DNA of 45,171 nucleotides from Desulfurivibrionaceae bacterium (GCA_041562995.1 JBFFNX010000001.1:1-45171), one strand, 5' to 3'. Counted from the stretch's first letter, positions 19,148-28,793 are shown. Notes: generated from the sequence alone by a model not told the origin. Made by a program: numbers and translations.

Positions 19148-19393
19148 GGAATTTTATTGCCGATTTCCTCTTTTACATCTGAGACCCTCAATGGATTTCC
19201 GAAAAACAGGAAAACTTACTTTTTTAACACCACAAAAAACATGCCGCAACAGAAGCCCTGCCCCGTACCAGGTCCTACCAGATGCCATACCGTACTTATC
19301 AGGGCACCTAAAAAGTCCAAACGGACCAGGTAGGCAACATACCTGCACGAGTCTAGATGCCTTATCTCTGAAGCTGGCCACCCACAATACCTG

Positions 19394-19549
19394 CTAGTTG
19401 GTATCTGCCTGTACCGAAACATTTGTAATTCTTTCAGGCAGTTGGTATTCCTGTGCGAACTCCAGTACCAGCTTCTTACGCTCAGGCAAGGTGAGACGAG
19501 AATAGATGGGACTCTTCATCAAGATTTGCACAACGTCACGGGCATTCAT
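19394..19549 (-). CDS. possible small protein (51 aa), unknown function
   Basis: Not in the track because it is shorter than 60 aa. Sequence: MNARDVVQILMKSPIYSRLTLPERKKLVLEFAQEYQLPERITNVSVQADTN. GGGGGA lies 7 nt upstream of the ATG. Confidence 0.3.
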   Translation of the reverse strand: MNARDVVQILMKSPIYSRLTLPERKKLVLEFAQEYQLPERITNVSVQADTN

Positions 19550-19838
19550 GGCGCATTCCCCCTATTATTTGAGTTGATGGGTGTCGCCTGACATCTTGCG
19601 ACCAGTACTGTTTGATTTCATCAGTACAACAACAACGACTCTGTAACATTAAATAACAGCACAACCCGTGCCAGCGCGAGGCTAAACTCCCCAGCTGCGC
19701 TTCAAAAAAAACCTTTTTATGTTCCATCAACAGCCTAGGAGCATGGGCTGAACGCACGGCACCATGAGGCATCCTCGCCACAGACAACATTTGTCCCCTG
19801 ACCTGCACATAAAATTAGAAAAAAAGGGGCCGTTTACC

Positions 19839-19857
19839 CTATACTAGAATAGTATAG
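19839..19857. promoter_or_regulatory. perfect inverted repeat CTATACTA-gaa-TAGTATAG, operator-like site
   Basis: Read directly. It lies about 110 nt upstream of the ATG at 19968, in the divergent region between the 51-aa ORF and the 144-aa ORF. Confidence 0.35.
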
Positions 19858-19967
19858 TCGCATGCTTCCGCCCAGGCCAGGCAGCATTTACCCCACCTGC
19901 CGGTCCGGCATTTCAACAATAACCCTTTTCACCTCTACCCGTATTGCCGTTGAGCAAGGAGAACGCC

Positions 19968-20402
19968 ATGGAAATAGCTGACCGAAATTATCATCTGAAA
20001 CTGCAGGAAATGTGTGATTGCTATCTGGATACCGATTTCAAGAAGAAGCTACACGACATGGCCGGCCTGAGCGGCGGGGACATGGACGAGAGCTCGATCA
20101 AATACCTCGCCCTGGCCATCATGTACAGCATCACGGAAAAGGCTGCCAAACTTACGCTGCAGAAGAAGGACGACAAGGTCAGTGTCAAGATGAAAACTGA
20201 GACGGAGATTACCCTGCCGGCGCCAACAGCCCCCCAGTTTGACAAGATGGTGGAGATGATCCGGGCCATCCTCCACATCGAGGCTGATACCGGCGAGATG
20301 CCCTTGGCCCTCGGACTTCGCAGCGGCGACCTGGAGTTGCAGGTCAAGACCAAGCGCAAAGCGGCCAAGGAGTCTATCAAGATAGAATTCCCCGCCCTAT
20401 AA
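19968..20402 (+). CDS. hypothetical protein (144 aa)
   Basis: AAGGAG lies 6 nt before the ATG at 19968. Coding-like composition and no recognised family. The central segment shows a faint resemblance to the N-terminal region of GspE/PilB-type ATPases, at low confidence. Confidence 0.6.
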   Translation: MEIADRNYHLKLQEMCDCYLDTDFKKKLHDMAGLSGGDMDESSIKYLALAIMYSITEKAAKLTLQKKDDKVSVKMKTETEITLPAPTAPQFDKMVEMIRAILHIEADTGEMPLALGLRSGDLELQVKTKRKAAKESIKIEFPAL

Positions 20403-20501
20403 CAGCCTGCTTCGCCCCTTGCAAAACAAAGGGCGCGCCGTTAAGGCAAAGAGCCGGACCCTCACAGAAATTATCCTGCACGGCCCGGACTCAAGGCAGC
20501 T

Positions 20502-21725
20502 TCACATACCGTGCTTCTTCTCTTGGGCAACAAAGATGATCTCCACCGTACGCGGGCCAGTATCACCCGAGATGACGAACAGGCCGCTGTCGCCGGGCGC
20601 CTTATTCTTTACCGCATAGATCACATCAAAATTATCCTGCACGGCAACACCGTCAACGCTGATGATCCGTTCGCCCTTAGCAATGCCACCCACCTCCGCC
20701 ACTGAACCGGGCATAACCCCGGCCACCAGGACGCCGGCCTCCTCATCCTTATCATCAAGGAGCACGCCCAGGCGGACCTCTTTTTTGTCGAGGCTCTCGT
20801 ACTCCTGATAGACCAGATAGTCGGCCTCGGGCATGGGGAACCGAGGCACCTTGACGTCCATCAACTGAGGATCTTTCCCCGCTGCAACCTTTATCGTTCT
20901 ACTGCCGATGATGGTATAGGCCAGGGGCAGACGGCGGAAAACCCGGCGCGGGATACCAAAGCCATATTCGACATGCCAACTGCCGGCAACAACCAGCATG
21001 TGCATGCCCGGATTGGCGTACAGATAGTCGGCAACCGATTGGGCCATGGCTTCATCCCAGAGGGTTTGGCGGCGATGAAAACTCTCCACCATCTTACCCC
21101 CGGCCGCATGGCCGGAAATCATGGCCTCCACCATGGCACGCTGATAGGGATCGTCCATATCCATCACCGGCAGCTGAGCCCGCACCTCAGGCGCCATATC
21201 GGCCAGAGGCATCATGCTGACCTGGTGCCCCAGCTCCTTATCAACATTAAGGCCAATCACCGGAATGCCATTGTCACGGCAAAACTCAAGCAGGGCCCGG
21301 TAGTGGTCGAAATTAAAAGCCCAGCCCTCGGTAAACCAGAGACTCTCGCGCAGGAATTCCTTTTCGGTGAGCGCGCCGGCAACCCAGCGCTGCAATACAT
21401 CCTGCTGCTTGGCGGTGAACATCTCCATGCCCACGGCCACCTTACCCGGGTGACGCTTAACCATGGCCTGCAAGACTGCCAGCTGCAAACGGTGGGAGGC
21501 CGGGTTATCATGGAGCTCCCCCACATAAACCAGGGGCGTCAATAGAGCATTGGCCAGCATCTGTTCCTCACTGACATAATGACCCGTAGCCATATGAAGG
21601 ATATCACCCACCTGGGGTTCGGTGCTAGGCGGATACGGCATTTCACTATTCCACTTCGGCGTGCTGGCACAACCGGCCAGAAAGAGGACCAAAAAAAAGG
21701 ACGTAACTGCTCGAAAATTCTTCAA
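20502..21725 (-). CDS. ChaN-family (Tiki/haem-binding uptake-like) lipoprotein with C-terminal PDZ domain
   Basis: Lipoprotein signal MKNFRAVTSFFLVLFLAGC. ChaN-like core (VYVGELHDNPASHRLQ...). C-terminal PDZ (GVLVAGVMPGSVAEVGGIAKGERIISVDGVAV). TTG start with AAGGAG 9 nt upstream. Confidence 0.75.
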   Translation of the reverse strand: MKNFRAVTSFFLVLFLAGCASTPKWNSEMPYPPSTEPQVGDILHMATGHYVSEEQMLANALLTPLVYVGELHDNPASHRLQLAVLQAMVKRHPGKVAVGMEMFTAKQQDVLQRWVAGALTEKEFLRESLWFTEGWAFNFDHYRALLEFCRDNGIPVIGLNVDKELGHQVSMMPLADMAPEVRAQLPVMDMDDPYQRAMVEAMISGHAAGGKMVESFHRRQTLWDEAMAQSVADYLYANPGMHMLVVAGSWHVEYGFGIPRRVFRRLPLAYTIIGSRTIKVAAGKDPQLMDVKVPRFPMPEADYLVYQEYESLDKKEVRLGVLLDDKDEEAGVLVAGVMPGSVAEVGGIAKGERIISVDGVAVQDNFDVIYAVKNKAPGDSGLFVISGDTGPRTVEIIFVAQEKKHGM

Positions 21726-21882
21726 TTATTTCTTCTCCTTCTAACAAATTCCATAATGGGACAGGGGGCAGGTTTCAAATCACCATCTTTCGGCTTTGAC
21801 AGTGCAGGCAGGTGAAAAGTTTCTTTCCCATATAAAAAAAGATCGTTATCAGGCCGGCACTGTCCGCCTCGAGATATCTCAT

Positions 21883-23028
21883 CTAGTCCAGCAAGATCAG
21901 AGGCACATAGAGTTCCTCTTCGGACAGACCACCGTGCACACCTCTCTGCGCAAACATTTTTTCGCCGATGAGGCGATCTTTGATGATGTAATTCCCTCTC
22001 ATCAACAAGACATATTCACCAACACGCGACGCTAGACGTGGCTCAGGCAGACCCTTGCCGAAATAGCCTTCCGCAATCAGCTCGCTGCTCCTTCTCAGCA
22101 AACAGGCATGGCCAAGATTTTCGGCTACATAGCTTTCAAACTCTTTCCGCCGATCTGAACGCACATAGCAATAGGCGCAGCGTGGTTCTCCGCATAGTGG
22201 CAGGCTCAGGGTGGCGGCAAGCTGCGGATGGTCTTCCAGATAAATAATATACTCGGGACAGGTATCAATCAGGCCATGATCGGCGCTGATCACAACCGTG
22301 GCCCCACCCTTCCCAAGAGGGGACAAGCTATCTCGGCACCCCTTGTCCAGTTCGTGGAAATGGGCTGCCACCTCGGTACTGCTTATACCATGGACATGGG
22401 CCAGACTATCCAGCTCCGGCCAATAGGCAATGATAAGGCCAGCCTTATTGGGCTGGGCCAACATTTCAACACAGCTGAACATGTCAGCCAAAGTATCAAA
22501 GCCATGGCGGCTGGCCTGCCCACAGAGGGCCTGGCTATAATCGGAATCAACGAGGTAGTTTGGCAAAACAGCATGGCAGGGACAAGCCAAGGTAGTAAGC
22601 AGGGCGTCGTGGCCAATAAGCTGCTCAGGGGAAATGCCCGCCTCTGAAAAACAGGCGCCGCGATAACGGGGCATGAAAGGCAGCACCGTGGCCACCACAC
22701 CCAACTCCTTAAAATAGGTGTGCCAGCCGGTAATGGCGTGCTGTTGAGGCGCAACACCGGTAAAAAAGCTGGTCACCGCCGCCGCCGTGGTGGGTGGGAA
22801 AACCGAGGTCAGTCGCCCTTTCCGGTGCCGGCAGAGGAAACTGTCGGGGAAACCCTGCAAAAACGTATCGCCCAAGCCATCAAGGACGAGCAGGATCAGG
22901 GGCTGTTCGCCAAGACCCATGGTCTTCAGCTCAGCAAGGGGCGCATAGTCATTCTCTTCGGCCCCCAGGCCCTGGGCCAGAGAGGAGATCAGGTTGACGA
23001 TACTGTTGCTATAATTCGGTTTCAGCAT
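21883..23028 (-). CDS. alkaline phosphatase superfamily protein (nucleotide pyrophosphatase/phosphodiesterase-like)
   Basis: The metal-site pattern LILLVLDGLGD...FPPTTAAAVTSF...ISADHG is typical of the type I phosphodiesterase / AlkP-core family. Start ambiguous: ATG at 23028 or GTG at 23034. Confidence 0.7.
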   Translation of the reverse strand: MLKPNYSNSIVNLISSLAQGLGAEENDYAPLAELKTMGLGEQPLILLVLDGLGDTFLQGFPDSFLCRHRKGRLTSVFPPTTAAAVTSFFTGVAPQQHAITGWHTYFKELGVVATVLPFMPRYRGACFSEAGISPEQLIGHDALLTTLACPCHAVLPNYLVDSDYSQALCGQASRHGFDTLADMFSCVEMLAQPNKAGLIIAYWPELDSLAHVHGISSTEVAAHFHELDKGCRDSLSPLGKGGATVVISADHGLIDTCPEYIIYLEDHPQLAATLSLPLCGEPRCAYCYVRSDRRKEFESYVAENLGHACLLRRSSELIAEGYFGKGLPEPRLASRVGEYVLLMRGNYIIKDRLIGEKMFAQRGVHGGLSEEELYVPLILLD

Positions 23029-23228
23029 AGTCACGCAAGAACCCGTGTGGAAAACATGTTAAAAAAAGAAGGGCCGCGACGACCACAAATCTTCTCACCC
23101 TGGCCCTTGCTGCCTATGCATCATTTTTTATACGTGACTCTGAGAAAAGACTCCCTGCCAATTTGTAAACGCCCCAAATTTCAAGAGAGCAGGTGTTCCT
23201 CCCTTACCCTCAACACAGTCACCCTGGT

Positions 23229-23585
23229 TCAGTTATGGCATTGGCCGCCTTCGACCTTGGGGAAACCGGCAAGGCTGAAGCTCTGGCCGCAGCCGCAGGT
23301 GGTTTTCGTATTGGCATTGGTAAACTGTAGACCACCATTGATCAAATCGTCGGAATAGTCAATGACCAGGCCATCCAGGAACTTCAAACTGTCGGCATCT
23401 GAAACGATCCTGATCTCCCCGTCCATATGAACCACACTCTCACTGTCCTTCATGCCCTTGGCTATTTCAGCACTATACGTCAGACCGGCACAGCCTCCTT
23501 CAGTAACCCCGACCCGAACAAACTGGTCCGCCGTCAATTTGGTGTTCAGCATCGTCTTAGCTTGTTCTTTAATAGTGATATTCAT
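23229..23585 (-). CDS. IscA/HesB-family iron-sulfur cluster insertion protein
   Basis: VRVGVTEGGCAGLTY ... CGCGQSF signature. GGAGG lies 6 nt before the ATG at 23585. There is a short C-terminal extension ending ...GGQCHN. Confidence 0.85.
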   Translation of the reverse strand: MNITIKEQAKTMLNTKLTADQFVRVGVTEGGCAGLTYSAEIAKGMKDSESVVHMDGEIRIVSDADSLKFLDGLVIDYSDDLINGGLQFTNANTKTTCGCGQSFSLAGFPKVEGGQCHN

Positions 23586-23849
23586 AAAATCCTCCATCAT
23601 TAAGTTTGTAATAATCGTAGTTAATAACAATTGGCAGGCAACCGGGAAATGTCAAGGTCCCGGGGAGCAATGGCACACAGGGCTGGCTGCACAAACTCCA
23701 TTTTGCGATGCCCTTTTCTGCTCGCCATCTTTAAAATAGGGCCCTTCAAGACTTTTTGAGCGGGGAGATGGCGAAAAAACGCAAAGCCGCTTATTATATG
23801 GCCAGATTATTTTTGACACCAACTTGCCACGCGCAGGAAATACAGACGG

Positions 23850-24467
23850 ATGACAAAAGACATGACCCAGAGCAAAACAGGCCGGCCGGGCTTTGACCGG
23901 CGCATGAGCAAGGAAGAGATCAATGCCTGCCCTATGGTGGGGTGGACCGGGCCGGTGAACGTGGTGCGGACCAAGGATGAGCTGGCTGCAGCAATGGCGA
24001 AGCTTGCCGGCCACACCCTGCTCGGCTTTGACACGGAAACCCGACCTGCCTATACCAAGGGGGAGAGCTACCTGCCCTCGCTCCTGCAGTTGGCAAGCGC
24101 GACAGATGTTTTCATCTTCCAGTTCAAACAGTTGGGTTTGGCCAAGCCCCTGCGGGATCTCCTTGCCGATCCGGCCATCATCAAGACCGGGGTGGGCCTG
24201 GAATACGATCACCGCGAGCTTACCAAGATATCCCCCTTCAAGGCTGCAGGTTTTGTGGATCTGGGCGATCGTGCCAAGAGGGCGGGCATCAAGAACCACG
24301 GCCTGCGCGGCCTGGCCGCCGTGCTCCTGGGCTTTCGCATCTCCAAGGGGGCACAGACCTCCAATTGGGCCAAGGATGTACTCACCGAGCAACAGGTCCA
24401 GTACGCAGCCACCGACGCCTGGGTGGGGCGCAAGCTTTACCTGGCCTTGCATGAGGGCACGATATGA
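23850..24467 (+). CDS. 3'-5' exonuclease domain protein (DEDDy, RNase D/WRN-like)
   Basis: [10 protein letters not shown] (ExoI), [14 protein letters not shown] (ExoII-like) and [16 protein letters not shown] (ExoIII with Tyr). Confidence 0.85.
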   Translation: MTKDMTQSKTGRPGFDRRMSKEEINACPMVGWTGPVNVVRTKDELAAAMAKLAGHTLLGFDTETRPAYTKGESYLPSLLQLASATDVFIFQFKQLGLAKPLRDLLADPAIIKTGVGLEYDHRELTKISPFKAAGFVDLGDRAKRAGIKNHGLRGLAAVLLGFRISKGAQTSNWAKDVLTEQQVQYAATDAWVGRKLYLALHEGTI

Positions 24468-24772
24468 CCACTCCCCAGGCCAACAATCCCCTGCACGGCC
24501 TCACCCTGGAGACGATCCTCACCCGCCTCGTTGACCATCTGGGCTGGCACCGGCTGGGTAACACCATCGACATCAACTGTTTTACCAAGACTCCCTCCAT
24601 CAAATCGAGCCTCCAGTTTCTCCGCCGGACCCCTTGGGCCCGAGAGCAGGTCGAGAAGCTCTATCTAAAAACGCAGTTTCCCAAAAAGATTATGGACAGC
24701 GTCCCCAAGCCTAAAGCCAAAGCGAAACCGATTAAAAAGAGAATATACTTACCCTCGAAAAAAGATAAGTAA
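24464..24772 (+). CDS. VF530/DUF2132 family putative DNA-binding protein
   Basis: [25 protein letters not shown]...INCF...[25 protein letters not shown] matches the DUF2132 family. Its ATG overlaps the exonuclease stop (ATGA). Confidence 0.8.
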   Translation: MTTPQANNPLHGLTLETILTRLVDHLGWHRLGNTIDINCFTKTPSIKSSLQFLRRTPWAREQVEKLYLKTQFPKKIMDSVPKPKAKAKPIKKRIYLPSKKDK

Positions 24773-25106
24773 GGCCTCGGCAAAATCCGGAATTTCTGCG
24801 GCCCATAATACCATAAGCCAAACATGTCCCTCGCCCCTGGGGCAAGACAGCGTTGTCAGCTTTTTTCGCCGCCAGGGAGCCGCCCGCGGTCATGCCCTCC
24901 CCCTCCTTTGCTGGATTCGGCCCTGTTATCCGCAATGCCTATTTTTTTTTGCTTCGGGAACATTTTAGGCGTATCATTCGTTTATAAGAAGAGTGATCCC
25001 TATTCCGTCTACATTTTTCGGCCGCGGCCCCAACAACGCTTCCCCTGGCACAGCGCTACGCAGGTGCCAACCCATGCTGCACCGCCCCGGCTTATGAGGA
25101 GGTATC

Positions 25107-26465
25107 ATGAAGACAGCCACCATCTTCCATCTGGCCCTCGGACTGTTCACCCTTGCTTTCTCGTTTGCCTGTCTTAGCTGGCCACCGCAGCTGGCCCAAG
25201 CCCAGGACAATGGCCCCCTGGAGGCCTCTGATAAATACAGTCATGAGGAGCTCGCCCAGATGCTGGCGCCCATTGCCCTCTACCCTGACGCGCTCCTGGC
25301 GCAGGTCCTGATGGCATCCACCTATCCCCTTGAAATTATCGAGTCTGACCGTTGGCTCAGGAAATACCCGGAGCTGAAGGGCGAGGCCCTTGATGCGGCA
25401 CTTTTGGACAAGGACTGGGATCCCAGCGTCAAGGCAATCTGCCACTTCCCATCCATCTTGGCCCTGATGAGCGAGCGGGTCAGCGAGACTACCAACCTCG
25501 GCAACGCCTTTCTCGCCCAGGAGGCCGAGGTCATGGACACGGTCCAGGAACTGCGCGCTAAGGCCTATGCCCAGGGCAACCTCACCACCACCGACAAACA
25601 GAAGGTCATTGTTGAACGGGAGACGATCATCATCGAAGCGGCCAACCCCAGGGTCATCTTCGTGCCCTACTATAACCCCTGGTACATCTACGGCCCGTGG
25701 TGGTATCCCGCTTACCCGCCTTTTTTGTGGGCCCCTCCGGGGGTAAGCATCACTGTCGGCATCTCATACTGGCCCACTGTCTATTTCGGATTCATCTTCG
25801 GCACCTGGAGCTATTTCGATTGGCCCGAGCGCATAATCTACATCAATGTCCACAACCGGCCACGTTTTGTCAGGCCAGCCCATTGGCTCGCCAAACCCGG
25901 GCCCTGGGTTCACGACCCAAGGCACCGGCGGGGTGTCGCCTTCCGCGATAAGGCCACCGCCAGGAAATATGGCCAGGCTGTCCCCCGTTCGAGGGATTTC
26001 CGGCGTGACACCCGTGGCTTTCCTGAACTCCGGGAGCGAGATCGGCGCGGGGATGACCGACCACTAATCGACAGTAATCGCCAAAAACAGGAACGTTTTG
26101 AACGGGAAATGAAGGCCCGGGAACGGGCTGAGCGCGACAGGCAGGAGCGACAACGGATCGACCGTGCCAAACAGACACGGGAACGGGTTGAACGGGACCT
26201 GAAGGAGCGCACCAGAATCGACCGCGAGAGAACACAAAGGGAGCGAGTTGCACCCGCCCCGCAGATACAACAACGGGCTGAGCAGGAAAGGCAGGCACGG
26301 GAACGGCTTGAACGAAGCAAGGTCCGACCAGAAGGGCGGACTTCTGGCCCAAGCCCAGATAATATATTTGACCGCATCGATAACGGCAGGATGGAACGGG
26401 ACTCAAGCGAACGGGGCCGAAGCAGCCGGCAAGGCCGCGGCGACCGAGGCAACAAGAGGTGGTGA
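25107..26465 (+). CDS. DUF3300 domain protein with an Arg/Glu-rich repetitive C-terminal tail
   Basis: Signal peptide. DUF3300 core (LAQMLAPIALYPDALLAQVLMASTYPLEIIESDRWL...WDPSVKAI..FPSIL). The tail carries degenerate RER-x-ER repeats (26088-26320). GAGGAGG lies before the ATG. Confidence 0.8.
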   Translation: MKTATIFHLALGLFTLAFSFACLSWPPQLAQAQDNGPLEASDKYSHEELAQMLAPIALYPDALLAQVLMASTYPLEIIESDRWLRKYPELKGEALDAALLDKDWDPSVKAICHFPSILALMSERVSETTNLGNAFLAQEAEVMDTVQELRAKAYAQGNLTTTDKQKVIVERETIIIEAANPRVIFVPYYNPWYIYGPWWYPAYPPFLWAPPGVSITVGISYWPTVYFGFIFGTWSYFDWPERIIYINVHNRPRFVRPAHWLAKPGPWVHDPRHRRGVAFRDKATARKYGQAVPRSRDFRRDTRGFPELRERDRRGDDRPLIDSNRQKQERFEREMKARERAERDRQERQRIDRAKQTRERVERDLKERTRIDRERTQRERVAPAPQIQQRAEQERQARERLERSKVRPEGRTSGPSPDNIFDRIDNGRMERDSSERGRSSRQGRGDRGNKRW

Positions 26466-26513
26466 GGCCGTGAGCCCAGCCATGATTCCATCCACACAGA
26501 GAGGGACGCAGAG

Positions 26514-27485
26514 ATGGTACGGAAAACATATACAGACACGATGTTGCGGCTATTCCCCGGTGTAACGGCATTACTCTTTGCCATGGCCGTCCTGGCCGCC
26601 CCCCACGCTCTGGCCGGAGGGCCAGCTGAACAGAGGAGTTTCCCCTCCCCGCAACAGGCGGTGGCCGCCCTGGTCGCGGCCGTCCAGGACAACACCGATA
26701 CCGAGCTCCTCGCCATCTTAGGCCCGGGCTCAGAGGATCTCATCTCCTCCGGCGACAAGGTCGCCGACCAAAACGGCAGAGCGCGCTTTATCAAGGCCTA
26801 TAAAGAGAAAAACGGCCTTGAGCAGCAGGACGGGGACCGCACCGTGCTCCTCATCGGCGCCAAGGAGTATCCCTTCCCGTTCCCCCTGGTGCGCCAAGGG
26901 AAAGCCTGGCGTTTCGACACCCAGGCAGGAACCGAGGAGATCCTCAACCGCCGGATCGGCAGAAACGAGCTCCATACCATTGAGGTGATGCGCGCCTATA
27001 CCGACGCCCAGCGTGAGTATGCCTGCATGAAACGCAACAGCGGTGGTCCGGAGTTCGCCCAGAAGTTTACCAGCAGCATGGGCAAAAAGGACGGTCTCTA
27101 TTGGCAGCCAGAGGAGGGTGAGCAGGAAAGTCCCTTCGGACCGCTGATCGCCAAGGCTACCAAGGAAGGCTATGCGCACGGCCCTAATGAGGAGTCGGTC
27201 GAACCCTTCCATGGCTATTATTTCAAAATCCTCAAGGCCCAAGGCGAGCATGCCACCGGCGGCGCCTTTGACTATGTGGCCAATGGCAAAATGGTCCTCG
27301 GCTTCGCCCTGCTCGCCTATCCCGCCAAATACGGGGTCTCGGGCATCATGTCCTTCATCGTCAACCAGGAAGGCGTGATCTATGAAAAAGACCTGGGCAA
27401 GAACACAGCCACGGCGGCGGCGGCAATGACCACCTTTAACCCCGACGACACCTGGTACCAGAACAAAGAGCCCGCTGACCTGTGA
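26514..27485 (+). CDS. DUF2950 domain protein (secreted)
   Basis: Signal peptide ending ALAG. FPSPQQAVAALVAAV..., GYYFKILKAQGEHATGGAFDY and GFALLAYPAKYGVSGIMSFIVNQEGVIYEKDLG match DUF2950. Start could be 26514 or 26541. Confidence 0.8.
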   Translation: MVRKTYTDTMLRLFPGVTALLFAMAVLAAPHALAGGPAEQRSFPSPQQAVAALVAAVQDNTDTELLAILGPGSEDLISSGDKVADQNGRARFIKAYKEKNGLEQQDGDRTVLLIGAKEYPFPFPLVRQGKAWRFDTQAGTEEILNRRIGRNELHTIEVMRAYTDAQREYACMKRNSGGPEFAQKFTSSMGKKDGLYWQPEEGEQESPFGPLIAKATKEGYAHGPNEESVEPFHGYYFKILKAQGEHATGGAFDYVANGKMVLGFALLAYPAKYGVSGIMSFIVNQEGVIYEKDLGKNTATAAAAMTTFNPDDTWYQNKEPADL

Positions 27486-27501
27486 CCATAGGACCCAAAA
27501 T

Positions 27502-27544
27502 GAATGCCGGGGGGAAATCACATAAACTGCCCGGCATTCTTTTA
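27502..27544. terminator. bidirectional terminator hairpin between the convergent DUF2950 and DUF504 genes
   Basis: GAATGCCGGG-(18 nt)-CCCGGCATTC followed by TTTTTA on the plus strand. Confidence 0.6.
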
Positions 27545-27799
27545 GCCCTTATACCGTTGCCAAATGAGCTGGCCATCCTTCCAAACCATCCTCACCCTAT
27601 GCCATGGGATTGAACACATTTCGCCGTCTACATTAAGGAGCTGAAATGAAAAATGGTCGCCACTCTCCACCACGAGTTCCTGGAAGGGCACAGTTATGAT
27701 TTTATCTGCAACCCGGTCATAGTAACCAATAGCAAAATCACCCTTCCCGAAATCTTCGTCCCACTGAATCCTGCTGATCAATTCCTGAATGGGTATCAT
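27542..27799 (-). CDS. DUF504 (MJ1316-type RNA cyclic-phosphate end recognition domain) small protein
   Basis: 85 aa. RIQWDEDF...GYYDRV...IPWHRVRMVWKDGQLIW carries the IPxHRI-type motif of PF04457. Confidence 0.65.
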   Translation of the reverse strand: MIPIQELISRIQWDEDFGKGDFAIGYYDRVADKIITVPFQELVVESGDHFSFQLLNVDGEMCSIPWHRVRMVWKDGQLIWQRYKG

Positions 27800-27959
27800 C
27801 TGAAAATCCCCAGCCTGAAGCAGAGTGCCTTGGTAGCGCCCCCAAACCTGTTACAACAGGTAAAGATCTGCCACCAAGGCAAGATAAGTAAGGTCACCCC
27901 GAAATTCCTCAGCCGGCCCGGTCAGAAAAAGCACCATTGATCAGCCTCGAGTTCCCTTG

Positions 27960-28793
27960 TCATTCGACAATCTTGATGCCATTTATGTCGATGGCGATAC
28001 GCCTCTTTTTGTAGAGGGCGCCTATCGCCTTTTTGAATACTTTTTTACTTACCCCGAACAGGGCGTAGATATCTTCCGGCCTGCTTTTATCCGTAACGGA
28101 AATAGTGCCGCCATGCTCTTTGATTGTCCCGAGAATGGCCTGGGCAACATCATCAACGCCTTCAAAGCCAGGTTTCTGGAGGGTTAAGTCAATTTTATGA
28201 TCTTCGCGTATTTTTTTTATGTAGCCTTTGAGCTCCTGGCCGATGTTCAGCCTCTGAAAGACCTCATTTTCATAAAGCATGCCGCCATGGGCATGGTTGA
28301 CAAGGGCCCGATAGCCCAGATCCGATTTCTCAAAGATAACAAGATCAACCTCTTCGCCCTCTTCATAGTTAGGGGGCTTGGTACTCAAAAATTTATCCAG
28401 CTTTGAAGAGGCGGCGATGCGCTTGCTTTTTTCATTGAGGAAGATGAAGACAAGATAGGATTTACCTTCCTTCATCTGCTCCTGCTGTTCACTCCTTGGC
28501 ACAAACAGATCCTTCTCCAGCCCCCAGTAGAGGTAGGAGCCCGATGAAGAGTTTTCCACCACCCGTAATTTGGCAAACTGACCCACTGTCGCATAGGGTT
28601 TCAGGGTGGTGGCCAGCAGATGATCATCCCGATCACCATAAACAAAGACCTCAATCTCATCGCCGGGCCGGCATTTCTCCGGATCATACTTGCCTTTCAG
28701 GAGAATATCACCGAACTCACCGCCATCAAGATGGAGGCCATATTCCCGCATTCTCTTTATCGTAAGCTTATTTATCCTGCCGATCTCTACCAT
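27960..28793 (-). CDS. S1-like RNA-binding protein, CvfB/YitL family
   Basis: Repeated S1-like modules and a C-terminal winged-helix region. The colinear pattern LHLDGGEFGDILL...VFVYGDRDDHLLATT...GLEKDLFVP matches the YitL/CvfB family. ATG at 28793; the track start is TTG. Confidence 0.8.
   Translation of the reverse strand: MVEIGRINKLTIKRMREYGLHLDGGEFGDILLKGKYDPEKCRPGDEIEVFVYGDRDDHLLATTLKPYATVGQFAKLRVVENSSSGSYLYWGLEKDLFVPRSEQQEQMKEGKSYLVFIFLNEKSKRIAASSKLDKFLSTKPPNYEEGEEVDLVIFEKSDLGYRALVNHAHGGMLYENEVFQRLNIGQELKGYIKKIREDHKIDLTLQKPGFEGVDDVAQAILGTIKEHGGTISVTDKSRPEDIYALFGVSKKVFKKAIGALYKKRRIAIDINGIKIVE

Noticed and set aside
19021-19194. 57-aa plus-strand ORF starting right after GAGGAGG
   Set aside because: The Shine-Dalgarno sequence abuts the ATG with no spacing. 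The ORF also reads straight through the terminator-like hairpin and T-tract, and its C-terminus has odd composition.
23229-23585. Possibility that the IscA/HesB-like gene is a HesB-like selenoprotein
   Set aside because: I checked the conserved GGC-x-G position. It is an ordinary Cys codon (TEGGCAGL) and there is no in-frame TGA.
25046-25062. Sigma54-like element TGGCAC-N5-TACGCA upstream of the DUF3300 gene
   Set aside because: The -24 TGGCAC is good, but the -12 element is TACGC rather than TTGC and is displaced by 1 nt. No enhancer-binding protein gene is nearby.
25870-27521. Long minus-strand ORFs (25870..26571, 25910..26794, 26730..27521)
   Set aside because: They are antisense to the DUF3300 and DUF2950 genes. 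They are generated by the Arg/Glu repeat DNA and by GC3 bias, and their composition is implausible (Arg/Ser/Pro/Cys-rich).
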